Source: Thermodesulfobacteriota bacterium | GTDB taxonomy: Bacteria > Desulfobacterota > Desulfarculia > JACQYL01 | Reading direction: 5' to 3' | DNA length: 64,000 nucleotides | Assembly (NCBI GenBank): GCA_963675595.2 | Contig: CAXXLZ010000002.1 | Span: 2,112,001-2,176,000, forward strand | Part shown: piece by piece, positions 7,639-17,850 of the stretch | Numbering within the stretch: position 1 is the first letter of the stretch | How the letters are laid out: the number at the start of each line of letters is the position of its first letter | Program-made: the position numbers and the translations under genes | The notes under the pieces: model-generated | Told to the model about the DNA's origin: nothing | Databases searched by the model: none | The model's input: only the letters and a program-made list of their open reading frames with translations

Positions 7639-9360
7639 TCAATATGGACGCGACGATTCCCCCGTTTTGTCCCGCACCTCCATGGACCCGACCGCATAGA
7701 GCCGTAACGCTCCCGTCACGCCTTTAACATTCGCCTCAAAGGGCCGCAGGACTTTCACATAGTCCCGCACCGACTCCAGAACGGCCTCCGACACCACCAC
7801 TTCACCCTCCCGGGCTTCGGTTTGGATCCGCTGAGTCAGGTTCACGGCGGCGCCCACAATGCCGTATTTCGCGCGAATCTCGGAACCCACATTCCCCACG
7901 ATCACCTCACCGGTGTGCACCCCGATTCCCATGCTCAGGCTCGGCAGGCCCGGGACCTTCTCCAATTCGTTCATCATGTCCAAGGCAACCTGCATATCCA
8001 ACGCGCATCTCACCGCATCGAGGCTTCTGTCCTCCGGAACGGCGTCCAACGGATCGAAAAACACCAGCATGGCGTCCCCGATAAAATCCACGATAATGCC
8101 TTCATGTGAACGGACCACCTGGATCATTCTCGAATAATACCGGTTCAGTACTGTGATCACCGTTTCCGGCTCCATTCGCTCGCACAACGCGGTAAATCCC
8201 CTGAGGTCGGACATCAAAATAAACACTCTGCGTTTCTCTCCGCCCAACCGGGTGGATTCCGGCCGCCGCAGGAGCTTTTCGGCGACTTCACGATCCATGT
8301 AGCGGCCGAAAGTCGTTCGTATGAACTCCTGTTGCCTCAAAGACTCCACCATGGCATTGAAGCCGGCGGCCAGCCGTCCCACCTCATCGGAAGTTCGGAC
8401 CTTCACGGTTTCGCCGTAATCGCCCTCGGCCACCCGTTCCGCAGCCAGAGCGATCTCCCGAATGGAGCGCACGGTTCGAGAGGACACATATTGGATCAGA
8501 AACAGCACCATCCCGATACACAACGCGCCCAAGAGCCCGAAGTAGTTGCGAAAACGTATGATGGGCTTGAGAATCTCGTCGCCCTGCGCGAAGACCACGA
8601 CGCTCCAGGGCGCCTGCTTGAGGCGAAAGAAGCCGGCCACTTCTTCCGGAGGATGCCCTTCCCCGAAGATCGTACCGGAAGGCCTCTCTTTCATCGCCTG
8701 AAGCACCCGGGCTTCCAATGGGCTGCCGCTTCCTCCCAGCACTCGCCTTCCCGAATCTCCGGACGAAGTGTGAGCCAGGTAGCGCCCGGAAGCGTCCACC
8801 AAGCAGCCCTTCACTCCCTGCCACCAACTGCTCGCCACCAGATCGGCAATCAGATGATGCAGTTGAACGGTCACAAGAACTCTGCCGACGATGCGTCTCT
8901 GTTCGTCCAGCAACTCGGATACGAGTGTCACGCTTTCACTGCCCGTATCCGGATCCAACTCGGGAGGAGTCACCACCGACACGCGATCCTGCGTAGACAT
9001 CATCCGTCCGCCCATGTGGCGGCCGCCGAAGGCGAACATGGAAGACTCATTAGACCATTCCAGGTCCACGCTTTGAACGCCGTCCAGACTCCTGAGCTCC
9101 TCCAGCACGTGTTCTTGAGCCCTCAATCCTCCGCCCACCGGGATTCGGCGAAGCAGGGAAAGCCACTGAACGGGTTCCTCCAGACGCATGTCGACCTGAT
9201 GGGCGGCCCACCCCAGCTTGAGGATGGCGGCTTCCTTCCACTGATCCAACATGATGTTCCGCGCATAGATGAATCCCACGAATCCCGTCAGGAAAAGAAG
9301 CAGCGCCACCGGGCACAGGACCCAGATCATCAATCGCCTGCGTAGGCTTGAGGCTTTCAA
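7639..9360 (-). CDS. Class III adenylate/guanylate cyclase with periplasmic Cache-like and HAMP domains
   Basis: Two TM helices; HAMP (DEVGRLAAGFN); MSDLRGFT, FIGDAML, GIGVHTG, GAAVNLTQR. Confidence 0.9.
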   Translation of the reverse strand: MKASSLRRRLMIWVLCPVALLLFLTGFVGFIYARNIMLDQWKEAAILKLGWAAHQVDMRLEEPVQWLSLLRRIPVGGGLRAQEHVLEELRSLDGVQSVDLEWSNESSMFAFGGRHMGGRMMSTQDRVSVVTPPELDPDTGSESVTLVSELLDEQRRIVGRVLVTVQLHHLIADLVASSWWQGVKGCLVDASGRYLAHTSSGDSGRRVLGGSGSPLEARVLQAMKERPSGTIFGEGHPPEEVAGFFRLKQAPWSVVVFAQGDEILKPIIRFRNYFGLLGALCIGMVLFLIQYVSSRTVRSIREIALAAERVAEGDYGETVKVRTSDEVGRLAAGFNAMVESLRQQEFIRTTFGRYMDREVAEKLLRRPESTRLGGEKRRVFILMSDLRGFTALCERMEPETVITVLNRYYSRMIQVVRSHEGIIVDFIGDAMLVFFDPLDAVPEDRSLDAVRCALDMQVALDMMNELEKVPGLPSLSMGIGVHTGEVIVGNVGSEIRAKYGIVGAAVNLTQRIQTEAREGEVVVSEAVLESVRDYVKVLRPFEANVKGVTGALRLYAVGSMEVRDKTGESSRPY

Positions 9361-9458
9361 ATTCTACCCTCGCTTCGGGGTCGTACGGGCGCCGACGACG
9401 GTTCGCCCATTGTCTAAAGAACCCTCCACCAACTTCCAAGCCTGTTGGAAACGGCCGG

Positions 9459-10829
9459 TTACATGGCTCCGTATTTCTTGAGCTTTTTGTGCAGGGTACG
9501 ACGGGTAATACCCAAGCGCCTGGCGGTTTCGCTCTTGTTTCCTCCACTCTCTTCCAGAGTTCGGAGGATGGCTTCCTTCTCCAGCTCATCCAAAGGCAGA
9601 TCGCCGGTCGGCTGGAGTATGGTTTTATCGGGAACCTCGGCTTCCTCCCGAAGGGACAAAGGGAGATCGTCCTCGCCGATGTGTTCGCCCCTGCAAAGCA
9701 CCACGCCTCGCTCCACGGCGTTCATCAGTTCCCTCACGTTTCCCGGCCAGGCATATCGAAGCATGAGGTCCATGGCTCGAGGGGTAAACCCTCGGATGTT
9801 TTTCTTGTTCTTCTCGGCGAACCGGTCCAGAAAATGGCGACACAGTAACGGAATATCCTCCTGCCGTTCTCTCAAGGGCGGCACCCGCAAAGAAACCACG
9901 TTCAGACGGTAATAAAGGTCCTCTCGAAAATTTCCTTTCCCGATCTCCTCGGCAAGGTCCCGATTGGTGGCGGACAGAACCCGGACATCCACCTCCAACA
10001 CCTCGTCTCCGCCCACCCTCTGGACTCTTCTCTCCTGAAGCACCCGCAATAGTTTGGCCTGCATGGCCATGGAAGTCTCACCGATTTCGTCCAGAAAAAG
10101 CGTCCCGCCGTGGGCCTGCCGAAAGCGTCCTTCTCTGCGCCGATCGGCTCCGGTGAAGGCTCCCTTTTCGTGACCGAAAAGCTCGGATTCCAGCAAAGTC
10201 TCGGTGATGGCGGCGCAATTGAACGTTACAAAGGGCTTTTCCCGTCTAGGGCTGTTATAATGAATGGCGCCCGCGATAAGTTCCTTTCCCGTTCCGGACT
10301 CCCCGGTAATCAGCACGCCCGCTTCCGTGGGGGCCACCATGGCCACGGTTTCCAAGAGGTCCAGCATGACCTTGCTTCGCCCCACGATGTTCACCAGATC
10401 GAAGGTCTCTCCCAAACGCTTCCGAAGCGCGAGATTTTCTTGTTTGAGCCGGCTGTGATCCGTGGCCCTTTCGATGGCCAGTCGCAGTTCATCGAAATCC
10501 AGCGGTTTGGTCAGATAATCGTAAGCTCCCTTGCGCAGAGCATCCACGGCGGTTTCAACGGAAGAATAAGCCGTCATAATGAGCACCGGAAGAGAGGGAT
10601 TGAACTTCTTCACCTCCTCCAAGGCTTCGAGGCCGGACATGCGGACCATACGGACATCCATGAGAACCAGATCGAAGAATTCCTCATGGACCTTCTCCAC
10701 GGCCGCGGAACCGTCGTCCGCCTCCACGACTTCGTGGCCCCAGCCCCCCAGGAGTGTTCGGAGCATGGTCCGATGCCCTCGGTCGTCATCCACCACCAAT
10801 ATTTTTACCCGACTGGACAAATCGATCAC
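9459..10829 (-). CDS. zraR: Sigma54-dependent response regulator (ZraR-like)
   Basis: REC domain, GESGTGKE, GAFTGA, Fis-type HTH; the ORF track start at 11165 is over-extended. Confidence 0.85.
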   Translation of the reverse strand: MIDLSSRVKILVVDDDRGHRTMLRTLLGGWGHEVVEADDGSAAVEKVHEEFFDLVLMDVRMVRMSGLEALEEVKKFNPSLPVLIMTAYSSVETAVDALRKGAYDYLTKPLDFDELRLAIERATDHSRLKQENLALRKRLGETFDLVNIVGRSKVMLDLLETVAMVAPTEAGVLITGESGTGKELIAGAIHYNSPRREKPFVTFNCAAITETLLESELFGHEKGAFTGADRRREGRFRQAHGGTLFLDEIGETSMAMQAKLLRVLQERRVQRVGGDEVLEVDVRVLSATNRDLAEEIGKGNFREDLYYRLNVVSLRVPPLRERQEDIPLLCRHFLDRFAEKNKKNIRGFTPRAMDLMLRYAWPGNVRELMNAVERGVVLCRGEHIGEDDLPLSLREEAEVPDKTILQPTGDLPLDELEKEAILRTLEESGGNKSETARRLGITRRTLHKKLKKYGAM

Positions 10830-10926
10830 CCGATACGAAATTTTCGAACCCTGAAGGTTGAACCCGTTCACCCTTCTCGAACGCGGAGTTCCGGTCCTTT
10901 TCCACCTATGTGGAAGAGGCGCGGAA

Positions 10927-12894
10927 TCATGATGAATGCTGCCGCCGCCCCCCTTCGTGACCCTCGGATTCTCCGGGCTGAAGTCCGGTAGAGTCCTCCC
11001 CGCGGGCCGGTTCAAGCCCTGAGGTCGATCCCTGGTCGGCGTCTTCCCGAGTCTCTCCCGAACCGCCGAACTCCGCGGGTCTCCTGTGCGACATGGGAAG
11101 TACAATGGTGATGGTCGTGCCGGTGCCCGGAGCGCTTTCCACGCGAATCGATCCGCCGTGGGCATCCACGATCCTGTGCACGATGGCCAAACCCAATCCC
11201 GTGCCGTCCGACTTGGTGGTAAAGTAGGGATCGAAAATCTGCTCTCTCTCCCCTTGAGCGATTCCCTGACCCGTATCCGAGACGTCCACGAAAATGGAGG
11301 ATTGGGACGGCCTAGAGTTGACGCGCACCGTAAGGACTCCGCCTTCCGGCATGGCTTGAAGGCTGTTCAGGTACAGATTCAGAAAAACCTGGCTGAGCCG
11401 GTCCCAGTCCATGGACATCGGTGGGAGGTCCGGCTGGATTTCGGTACAAATCTCCACTCGCTTTTTCTTCGCGTCTCCCTCCACAAGGCGAAGCGAGCGC
11501 CGAATCAACTCGTCCAGTGAGCCGACTCTCAAATTCAGGGCGGTGGGACGGGCGAACTCCAGCAGTTCCCGGATGACCCGATCCAGTCTTTCCACTTCCT
11601 CGATCATCACATTGGCGGTTTCCCGATCCTGCGCATTCTCTCCGTATCTTTCCTTGAAATAAGTGGCGAAACCTTTAATGGAGCTGAGGGGGTTCCTGAT
11701 TTCATGGGCGACACCGGCCGCCAGACTGCCCACCGAAGCCAAACGCCGGCTCCGTTCCACTTCTCTTTGAAGCCGACGAACCTCGCGAAGGTCCCGAAAA
11801 ATAAATACGTAGCCCAGAAAATTGCCTCCGTCGTCCCGCAACAGAGCTCCGCTCACACTCAAGGGAACGGATTCACCCGAAGCGAGTCGCCATTCCGCAT
11901 CCTGCTCCAGAAGCCCTTCTTCGATGTCCAACCTGGAAACCAGGCTTCGGAAATCTCCCGGCAGCACCCCACGAATGGGCCGACCGATCATCTCCGAAGC
12001 ATCACATTGGATGATGGCCGCCGCACTGGAATTGAACACGGCCACGTCTCCCTGTTCATCCGTGGCCACGAGCCCCATGGGCATTTTGTCCACAACTTGG
12101 TCGGAAAAGGCTTGAACTCTCTCCAACGAACGCCTGGCGAGTCGGTATCCCTGTGCCAGCAGCAGGGTTACCAGCCCGGCGAAACCTCCCACGACCATCA
12201 CGGCGGCCAGAATCACCGCATGGCGCACCGCTTCGCGGGTGGCGGCATTGAGCGGGGAAAGGTCAAGCCCCACAAAGATGTACAGCACGGGCTCCTCGGA
12301 CGTCTGTTCTTCCGGGCCTTCCAAAGGAGGCCCGGGGCTCTCCGGGCCGGGCCGGGAACCGGGTGGTCCCCACATCATCATGTGCCCTCTCCCATGCATT
12401 CCGCCCTGAAAGGATCGCCCTCGGCGCATGGGAACGTATCTTCGATAGACTTCAAAGACCTCTCCATCTCCTTCCATCCGGGCCATGCGCCAGTGGACCG
12501 CCCTATCGTCGGTCTCTCCCGCCAAAGAAGGCAAAGGCGCCATGTCGTATGATTCCCCGATGCGAGCGGAATCACTGTCCACCAGGATCCGTCCGTCCTC
12601 ATCCGTCACCACTAAATAGGCAATACCTTTCTGTCTGGCTGTTTCCTCGAGCAGACGCTGGACCTGACTCCCCCCCCAGCCCATGTGGATCATGCCCGCT
12701 CGTGTCCCGGCCTCGAAGGAGCGAATAAGCGCTTCTCCCTTTTCCGTCATCAAACGGATGGTGTTTTCGCGGTCTCGATGGTAGCTCGTGAAGGCAATGA
12801 AAGCCGCGATAGGCAGGAGCACGAGCACCCCGGCGATAACCAACCAGGGCGAAAGCGAGATCAGAAGAGTGCGACGTGTGGAATTCTTTTTCAT
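10927..12894 (-). CDS. zraS: PAS sensor histidine kinase (ZraS-like)
   Basis: ALIRSFEAGTRAGM N-terminus, AHEIRNPL H-box, HATPase boxes; divergent from a zraP-like gene. Confidence 0.8.
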   Translation of the reverse strand: MKKNSTRRTLLISLSPWLVIAGVLVLLPIAAFIAFTSYHRDRENTIRLMTEKGEALIRSFEAGTRAGMIHMGWGGSQVQRLLEETARQKGIAYLVVTDEDGRILVDSDSARIGESYDMAPLPSLAGETDDRAVHWRMARMEGDGEVFEVYRRYVPMRRGRSFQGGMHGRGHMMMWGPPGSRPGPESPGPPLEGPEEQTSEEPVLYIFVGLDLSPLNAATREAVRHAVILAAVMVVGGFAGLVTLLLAQGYRLARRSLERVQAFSDQVVDKMPMGLVATDEQGDVAVFNSSAAAIIQCDASEMIGRPIRGVLPGDFRSLVSRLDIEEGLLEQDAEWRLASGESVPLSVSGALLRDDGGNFLGYVFIFRDLREVRRLQREVERSRRLASVGSLAAGVAHEIRNPLSSIKGFATYFKERYGENAQDRETANVMIEEVERLDRVIRELLEFARPTALNLRVGSLDELIRRSLRLVEGDAKKKRVEICTEIQPDLPPMSMDWDRLSQVFLNLYLNSLQAMPEGGVLTVRVNSRPSQSSIFVDVSDTGQGIAQGEREQIFDPYFTTKSDGTGLGLAIVHRIVDAHGGSIRVESAPGTGTTITIVLPMSHRRPAEFGGSGETREDADQGSTSGLEPARGEDSTGLQPGESEGHEGGRRQHSS

Positions 12895-13043
12895 GATGAA
12901 GCGTTGAACCGGTCCTTTGGTTTAAGGAGATGCGCGCGTCCGCGCCGTAACATGAGTCAAGGGAGCACAATACGTACCAAAAAGTAATTATACGGAACCG
13001 CGTGGAGATTCACCTTGGAGCGTCGCGCCCTGTGTCTCGCACC

Positions 13044-13103
13044 TGGATACTTGGTATCCACCTGGATACCCCTGCAAGGCCGAAGTGGATACATCTTATC
13101 CAC
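13044..13103. promoter_or_regulatory. Two palindromes, candidate enhancer sites for the ZraR-like activator
   Basis: TGGATAC-ttg-GTATCCA (13044-13060) and GTGGATA-catct-TATCCAC (13085-13103). Confidence 0.6.
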
Positions 13104-13281
13104 CCGACGTCCGAAGTGCAAAGGAAATTCGGCAGGCCGAAAATCTACATTCGCCCGCAACCAAGCGCCCCTCCAATGAAAACGTCGTCCATGCCGGCAG
13201 CCAGCACGTCTGTTGCTTTAGAGGGAAGAAAACGATTTGAAAAACAGGAAGCCATACACACCCACACAAGGAGGAACTCAA

Positions 13282-13788
13282 ATGAGAAAAGCGGCAACCA
13301 CTTTAGGCGTTCTGGCATTGGCCCTCATCCTGGCAGCCCCCGTAATGGCCGGCTGGGGTCGACATCGAAGCGGCACCGGCGTCGGCACTGGAGCTTACGA
13401 TTGTCCTTATGGCCGCGGTGCCGGGTACGCGAATCTCACCGATGAAGAAGCGACCAAGTTGGATGAACTGCGACAAAAATTTTACAACGAAACCCGAGAC
13501 ATCCGTGACAACCTGATCCTCAAGTCGCGAGAGCTCGACACGGTCATGGCGGCCGAGAATCCGGACATGGAAAAGGCCAAGCAGCTTCAGAAAGAAATCA
13601 GCGACCTCCGATCGACGCTGGATCAGAAGAGACTGGAGCACCGGCTGGAAATGCGTAAGGCCGTTCCCGACGCGGCGGACTGCCCGGGTTATGGCAGAGG
13701 GTACGGCATGGGTTACGGCGGCGGTATGCACGGCGGTATGCGCGGCGGCGGGTACATGATGCAGCAATACGGCACCGACGCGAACTAA
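13282..13788 (+). CDS. zraP: ZraP/Spy/CpxP-family periplasmic protein
   Basis: Signal peptide, NLTDEE helical core, Gly/Met/Tyr-rich tail; GGAGG RBS. Confidence 0.8.
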   Translation: MRKAATTLGVLALALILAAPVMAGWGRHRSGTGVGTGAYDCPYGRGAGYANLTDEEATKLDELRQKFYNETRDIRDNLILKSRELDTVMAAENPDMEKAKQLQKEISDLRSTLDQKRLEHRLEMRKAVPDAADCPGYGRGYGMGYGGGMHGGMRGGGYMMQQYGTDAN

Positions 13789-13840
13789 GCAAAGCTTTCG
13801 AAACAGCCCGTCAACACCGGGAGATTCCCCACCCAAGGCG

Positions 13841-13885
13841 CAAAGGTCCTCCCTCCGTTCGGAGGGAGGACCTTTGTCTTTTCTT
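13841..13885 (+). terminator. Intrinsic terminator
   Basis: 16-bp stem CAAAGGTCCTCCCTCC/GGAGGGAGGACCTTTG followed by a T-rich tail. Confidence 0.8.
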
Positions 13886-14057
13886 CGAATACAGAAGTGA
13901 ATCCAAAAACATCCCGGCAAACCCGGTCAACGGAATTCACCCCGGGATAATCCTTCGCTTCCGAAGCGCTCAGGTCGGAAGGGTCTCCGACGAGGGAATC
14001 CTCATGCGGAAGGATTCCCTCCTTATCGGTGGGAAGGCACCCGGCTTTCGTCCGTCT

Positions 14058-16511
14058 CTATTTGTCCCGGGTCGCCCCGGCTTCCGTTTCCACCGCCCCC
14101 TCGACGTCTCGTCGAATCACGTTCTTCAGGTGCTTCCGATCTTTCAGGGGATGAAATTCCACACGACGGTTTTCGGTGCGTCCCTCCGCCGTGCCGTTGG
14201 TCGCCACGGGGATGGTGAATCCGTATCCGGATACGGGTAACCGGGATCCGTCGATCCCCTTGTTCACGAGATATCGCCTTACCGCCACGGCCCTTCGAAG
14301 CGCCAAGGCTCGATTATAGCTTTCCGTTCCCACGTTGTCCGTGTGGCCCTGTACGTCCACCACCAATTCGGAATTCTTCTTCAGAATGTCCGCCACGGCG
14401 TCCAGCAGAGGATATCCGGCCCGCTTGACGACGGACTTGTCGAAATCAAAAAGCACGTTGCCCACGGACCAGCATCCACGGTCATCCACTCGCGCACCCG
14501 CGGGAGTCCCCGGACACTGATCCAGGTAATCGGCGACGCCGTCGCCGTCCGTATCCAGCGGACAACCTTCCTTATCCACAGGAGCGCAAGCGGGCGTATC
14601 CGGGCATTTATCCAGGTAATCCGGCACCCCGTCCTTGTCGGAATCCAACGGACAACCTCGCTTATCCACCGCCACGCCCGTCGGCGTATCCGGGCACTCG
14701 TCCAGATCATCGATCACGCCGTCGCCGTCCGTATCCTTCTTTTCCGCTTTCTCCGGCACACGAATGATGACCGGCACCGCTCCGCCCGAAGGCGCGGACA
14801 CGGCGGCCGGCGGCCCGGCGGCAAACTCGGCGGGTTTCCCCGGTTCTTCCACGGCCGATTTCACGGGTTCCTCGACAACCGATTCCTTGACTTCCTTTAC
14901 GCAACCCCGCTCGTCCACCACGGACTCCGGAGGCGTATCGGGACAGAGATCCCGATAGTCCGGCACTCCGTCGCCATCGGAATCCTTGGGGCATCCCAGT
15001 TCATCCACCACGGCTCCCACGGGGGTTTCCGGGCACTGATCCAGGTAATCGGGAACACCATCGCCGTCCGTGTCCTTCGGACAGCCTCGCTTGTCCACCG
15101 CCACTCCGGCGGGAGTCTTCGGACACTCGTCCAGATAGTCGTAGACACCGTCTTTGTCCTCATCCGGGGGGCATCCGTTTTCGCTCACGATAAGGCCCTT
15201 CATGGTATCGGGGCATTCATCCGATGCGTCCGCCACCCCGTCGCCGTCGGAATCCTTGGGGCATCCCAGATCGTCCACAACGATTCCCTTCGCGGTACCC
15301 GGACACAAGTCCAGGTAATCCGGGATACCGTCGCCGTCCGTATCCTTGGGACAACCCTTCTCATCCACCATGACGCCTCTCGGCGTATCGGGGCACTCAT
15401 CCAAATAATCGAACACGGTGTCCGAGTCGGCATCCTTTGGGCAACCACGTTCATCCACAGCTATGTCCTTCGGGGTGTCCGGACACACGTCACGGTAATC
15501 CGGAACACCATCGCCGTCCGCATCCATGGCGCAACCCCGGTCATCCACGGCGACTCCTTTGGGGGTTCCGGGGCACTCATCCAGGTAATCCGGAACACCG
15601 TCGCCGTCGGCGTCTTTGGGGCAACCCATCTCATCCACTTGAGCTTCCTTGGGTGTGTCCGGGCAGCGATCCAGATAATCCGGAACGCCGTCGCCATCGG
15701 AATCCTCCGGACACCCACGGGCGTCCACTTTTATGCCGGCAGGCGTATCCGGACAGACGTCTTTTGGATCGTGCACGCCGTCCATATCCGAGTCCGGAGT
15801 CTCCTGGAGGAACACCTGTTTCACATATTCCGCCATACCCTCGCTCGAATAAATGCGAATCGGATGGGTGAAAAAGCCGCATTTCACCGTCCGCGGCATT
15901 TGCTCCATGAGGACTTCGCCCGGAAACGATTCTCCCACGAACACCGTGTAGATACAGAGTCGATCCCGATATTCTTTTTCCAGCTTCCTCGCCTCTTCGA
16001 TGGGTTTGTCGTCCATCAGCTCCCCGTCGCTGAACACCAGAAGTCCCAGCTTACCGGGGGCGTCTTTGAAATCTTCCGCGGCCGCCTTGACGGCTTCATG
16101 AAGCGGACTGTCTCCCGCGGCATATTTGATCCGATCCAAGGCTTTTTCGAAGCCGTCCCGCGTATAAGCCTCGGGACCGTAAACCAGTTCCGTCCGGGTG
16201 CCGAAACGCGAAGCCCCAGCTCCGAACGTCCGAATCGCACCGGTCAATTTCAGATTCGGAATCGTTTGATTCATCCGGTTCAATACTTCTTTGGCATATT
16301 CGAATTTCGTTTGCTTGCCGAGTTTGTCTTCCATAGACAAAGAGGCATCGAAAAGAACGACGAAAGAGTCCAACTTTTGGACGTATTGCCCGGTTTCAAG
16401 AACCGGATTCAGGTCCACCGGCGTAAATCCGGCCCCGGCGGGAAAACTCAGGCCGAGGATGAGAAGAAAAACCACACCCCCACAAAATCCCCAATTACGA
16501 CTTCCAGCCAT
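14058..16511 (-). CDS. vWA domain + thrombospondin type 3 repeats + OmpA C-terminal domain protein
   Basis: Signal peptide, DASLSM MIDAS motif, DxDGDGVPDYLDxCP repeats, FDFDKS...GHTD...NRRVE. Confidence 0.9.
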   Translation of the reverse strand: MAGSRNWGFCGGVVFLLILGLSFPAGAGFTPVDLNPVLETGQYVQKLDSFVVLFDASLSMEDKLGKQTKFEYAKEVLNRMNQTIPNLKLTGAIRTFGAGASRFGTRTELVYGPEAYTRDGFEKALDRIKYAAGDSPLHEAVKAAAEDFKDAPGKLGLLVFSDGELMDDKPIEEARKLEKEYRDRLCIYTVFVGESFPGEVLMEQMPRTVKCGFFTHPIRIYSSEGMAEYVKQVFLQETPDSDMDGVHDPKDVCPDTPAGIKVDARGCPEDSDGDGVPDYLDRCPDTPKEAQVDEMGCPKDADGDGVPDYLDECPGTPKGVAVDDRGCAMDADGDGVPDYRDVCPDTPKDIAVDERGCPKDADSDTVFDYLDECPDTPRGVMVDEKGCPKDTDGDGIPDYLDLCPGTAKGIVVDDLGCPKDSDGDGVADASDECPDTMKGLIVSENGCPPDEDKDGVYDYLDECPKTPAGVAVDKRGCPKDTDGDGVPDYLDQCPETPVGAVVDELGCPKDSDGDGVPDYRDLCPDTPPESVVDERGCVKEVKESVVEEPVKSAVEEPGKPAEFAAGPPAAVSAPSGGAVPVIIRVPEKAEKKDTDGDGVIDDLDECPDTPTGVAVDKRGCPLDSDKDGVPDYLDKCPDTPACAPVDKEGCPLDTDGDGVADYLDQCPGTPAGARVDDRGCWSVGNVLFDFDKSVVKRAGYPLLDAVADILKKNSELVVDVQGHTDNVGTESYNRALALRRAVAVRRYLVNKGIDGSRLPVSGYGFTIPVATNGTAEGRTENRRVEFHPLKDRKHLKNVIRRDVEGAVETEAGATRDK
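14473..15795 (-). repeat. 13 degenerate 90-bp coding repeats (TSP3), arranged 10+3 around a Pro/Ala/Glu linker
   Basis: Counted in the translation; 30-aa period with 2 Cys each; boundaries approximate. Confidence 0.85.
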
Positions 16512-16927
16512 AACGCCTCCCTGTTTGCCTGCAAAGCAATTGTCCGTTTTATTCCGCTTTTTCGAATTCTCAACAGCTCAATGGAACAACTCCCACCGAA
16601 ATGAAGAACGGCATTTCACCGCTTCCTGAAAGCCCGCTCCTTAAACGGGATTCGGTCGCAACCGTCGCCCGCCGGGTCGGGTCCGCTCTCTCCCGATCGT
16701 GACGGGCCGCCTTACCCCGCGGTGAGCGGTTTCCATTATACGCAAACTCGTCGGCTCCGGGCATCGGGTCGGTACTGTAAAGCAAGGACTCACCCGATAC
16801 GAGTGTCGGTTTGCGACGATTTCATTATAAGGCAGGTTCTACGGGATACGGAAAGAATTCGTTCGACCGGTATGTTACATTTCCGGGCGGCAGGGAAGCA
16901 GTGATTCGATTCTTGGGGAGGCGGGGA

Positions 16928-17425
16928 TCACAATTTGAACTCGGCGCGAATTTTATACACTCGGACGGCGGGCATATTCAGGACATCTTCGATCCCGGTT
17001 CGACGCGATATCTCGTCCAGGCTCCGCCGGATGAATTCCTCCGAAGGAGCGATAAAGGTAAACCAGACATTGTAGTGATGATCGCGTTCATAGTTGTGGG
17101 TCACTCCGGGATGACGATTCACCTCTTCCACGAAGTCCTCGATTTGATCGGCGGGAACATGGGCCGCACACAGGGTGCTCGTATAGCCGATGCTTCTCGG
17201 ATTCACATTGGCACCGATTCTTCGAATCACACCAATGGACTTCAATCGAGATACGCGCTCCAACACTTCGTCTTCGGAAATCCCCAGTTGGTCACCGATA
17301 ACCTCGTACGGTCTGCTTTCCATGGGAAAACCGGACTGCATCAGATTGATCAGGTCCCGATCCACATCGTCCATGGACGCCTGGTCTCGATCGTCTTTCA
17401 CGATGGCTTGCTCCCGCGTCTCCAT
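16928..17425 (-). CDS. ahbA: Siroheme decarboxylase alpha subunit (AhbA/NirDL, Lrp/AsnC-like)
   Basis: FPMESRPY, GVIRRIG, STLCAA, VTHNYERDHHYNVWFT. Confidence 0.8.
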   Translation of the reverse strand: METREQAIVKDDRDQASMDDVDRDLINLMQSGFPMESRPYEVIGDQLGISEDEVLERVSRLKSIGVIRRIGANVNPRSIGYTSTLCAAHVPADQIEDFVEEVNRHPGVTHNYERDHHYNVWFTFIAPSEEFIRRSLDEISRRTGIEDVLNMPAVRVYKIRAEFKL

Positions 17426-17441
17426 ATCCGGCTCCCGTACC

Positions 17442-17834
17442 TTATCCCACACACTTGAGCAGCACTTTTCGTGTTCGGGGACCGTCGAATTCACAGAAGA
17501 AGATTCTCTGCCAGGTTCCCAGCACCGGTCTTCCGTCTTCCACCAGGACCAACTGGGAACACCCCACGAGAGAGGTCTTGATGTGGGCCGCGGAGTTTCC
17601 TTCGGAATGCCGATAGCCGTCTTCCAGAGGAATCCTCTTGTTCAGTTCCATGAGGATGTCCGCCTGGACCGCCGGGTCCGCCCCCTCGTTGATCGTCACT
17701 GCGGCCGTGGTGTGAGGCACGTGGAGAACACAGAACCCGTCTTTGAAACCCAACCGGGATATCTCGTTCTCCACCTGAGATGTGATGTCGACCATTTCCG
17801 CACGGCCGGCGGTTTTTACCGTGATCACGTTCAT
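17442..17834 (-). CDS. yjbQ: YjbQ/UPF0047 protein
   Basis: PHTTAAVTINE, HSEGNSAAHIK, LGTWQRIFFCEFDGPR. Confidence 0.9.
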   Translation of the reverse strand: MNVITVKTAGRAEMVDITSQVENEISRLGFKDGFCVLHVPHTTAAVTINEGADPAVQADILMELNKRIPLEDGYRHSEGNSAAHIKTSLVGCSQLVLVEDGRPVLGTWQRIFFCEFDGPRTRKVLLKCVG

Positions 17835-17850
17835 GACTCCCCTCCTCGTG

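Noticed and set aside
14473-15795. Periodic repeats as a CRISPR array
   Set aside because: Degenerate in-frame coding repeats with no unique spacers and no cas genes.
14343-16604. Long antisense ORFs (here, and e.g. 853-1836, 27049-28536, 59843-61123)
   Set aside because: Shadow frames of real GC-rich genes with no recognisable motifs.
16928-17494. Lrp/AsnC transcription factor call
   Set aside because: The HNYER..YNVWFT motif fits the siroheme decarboxylase AhbA/NirDL better.
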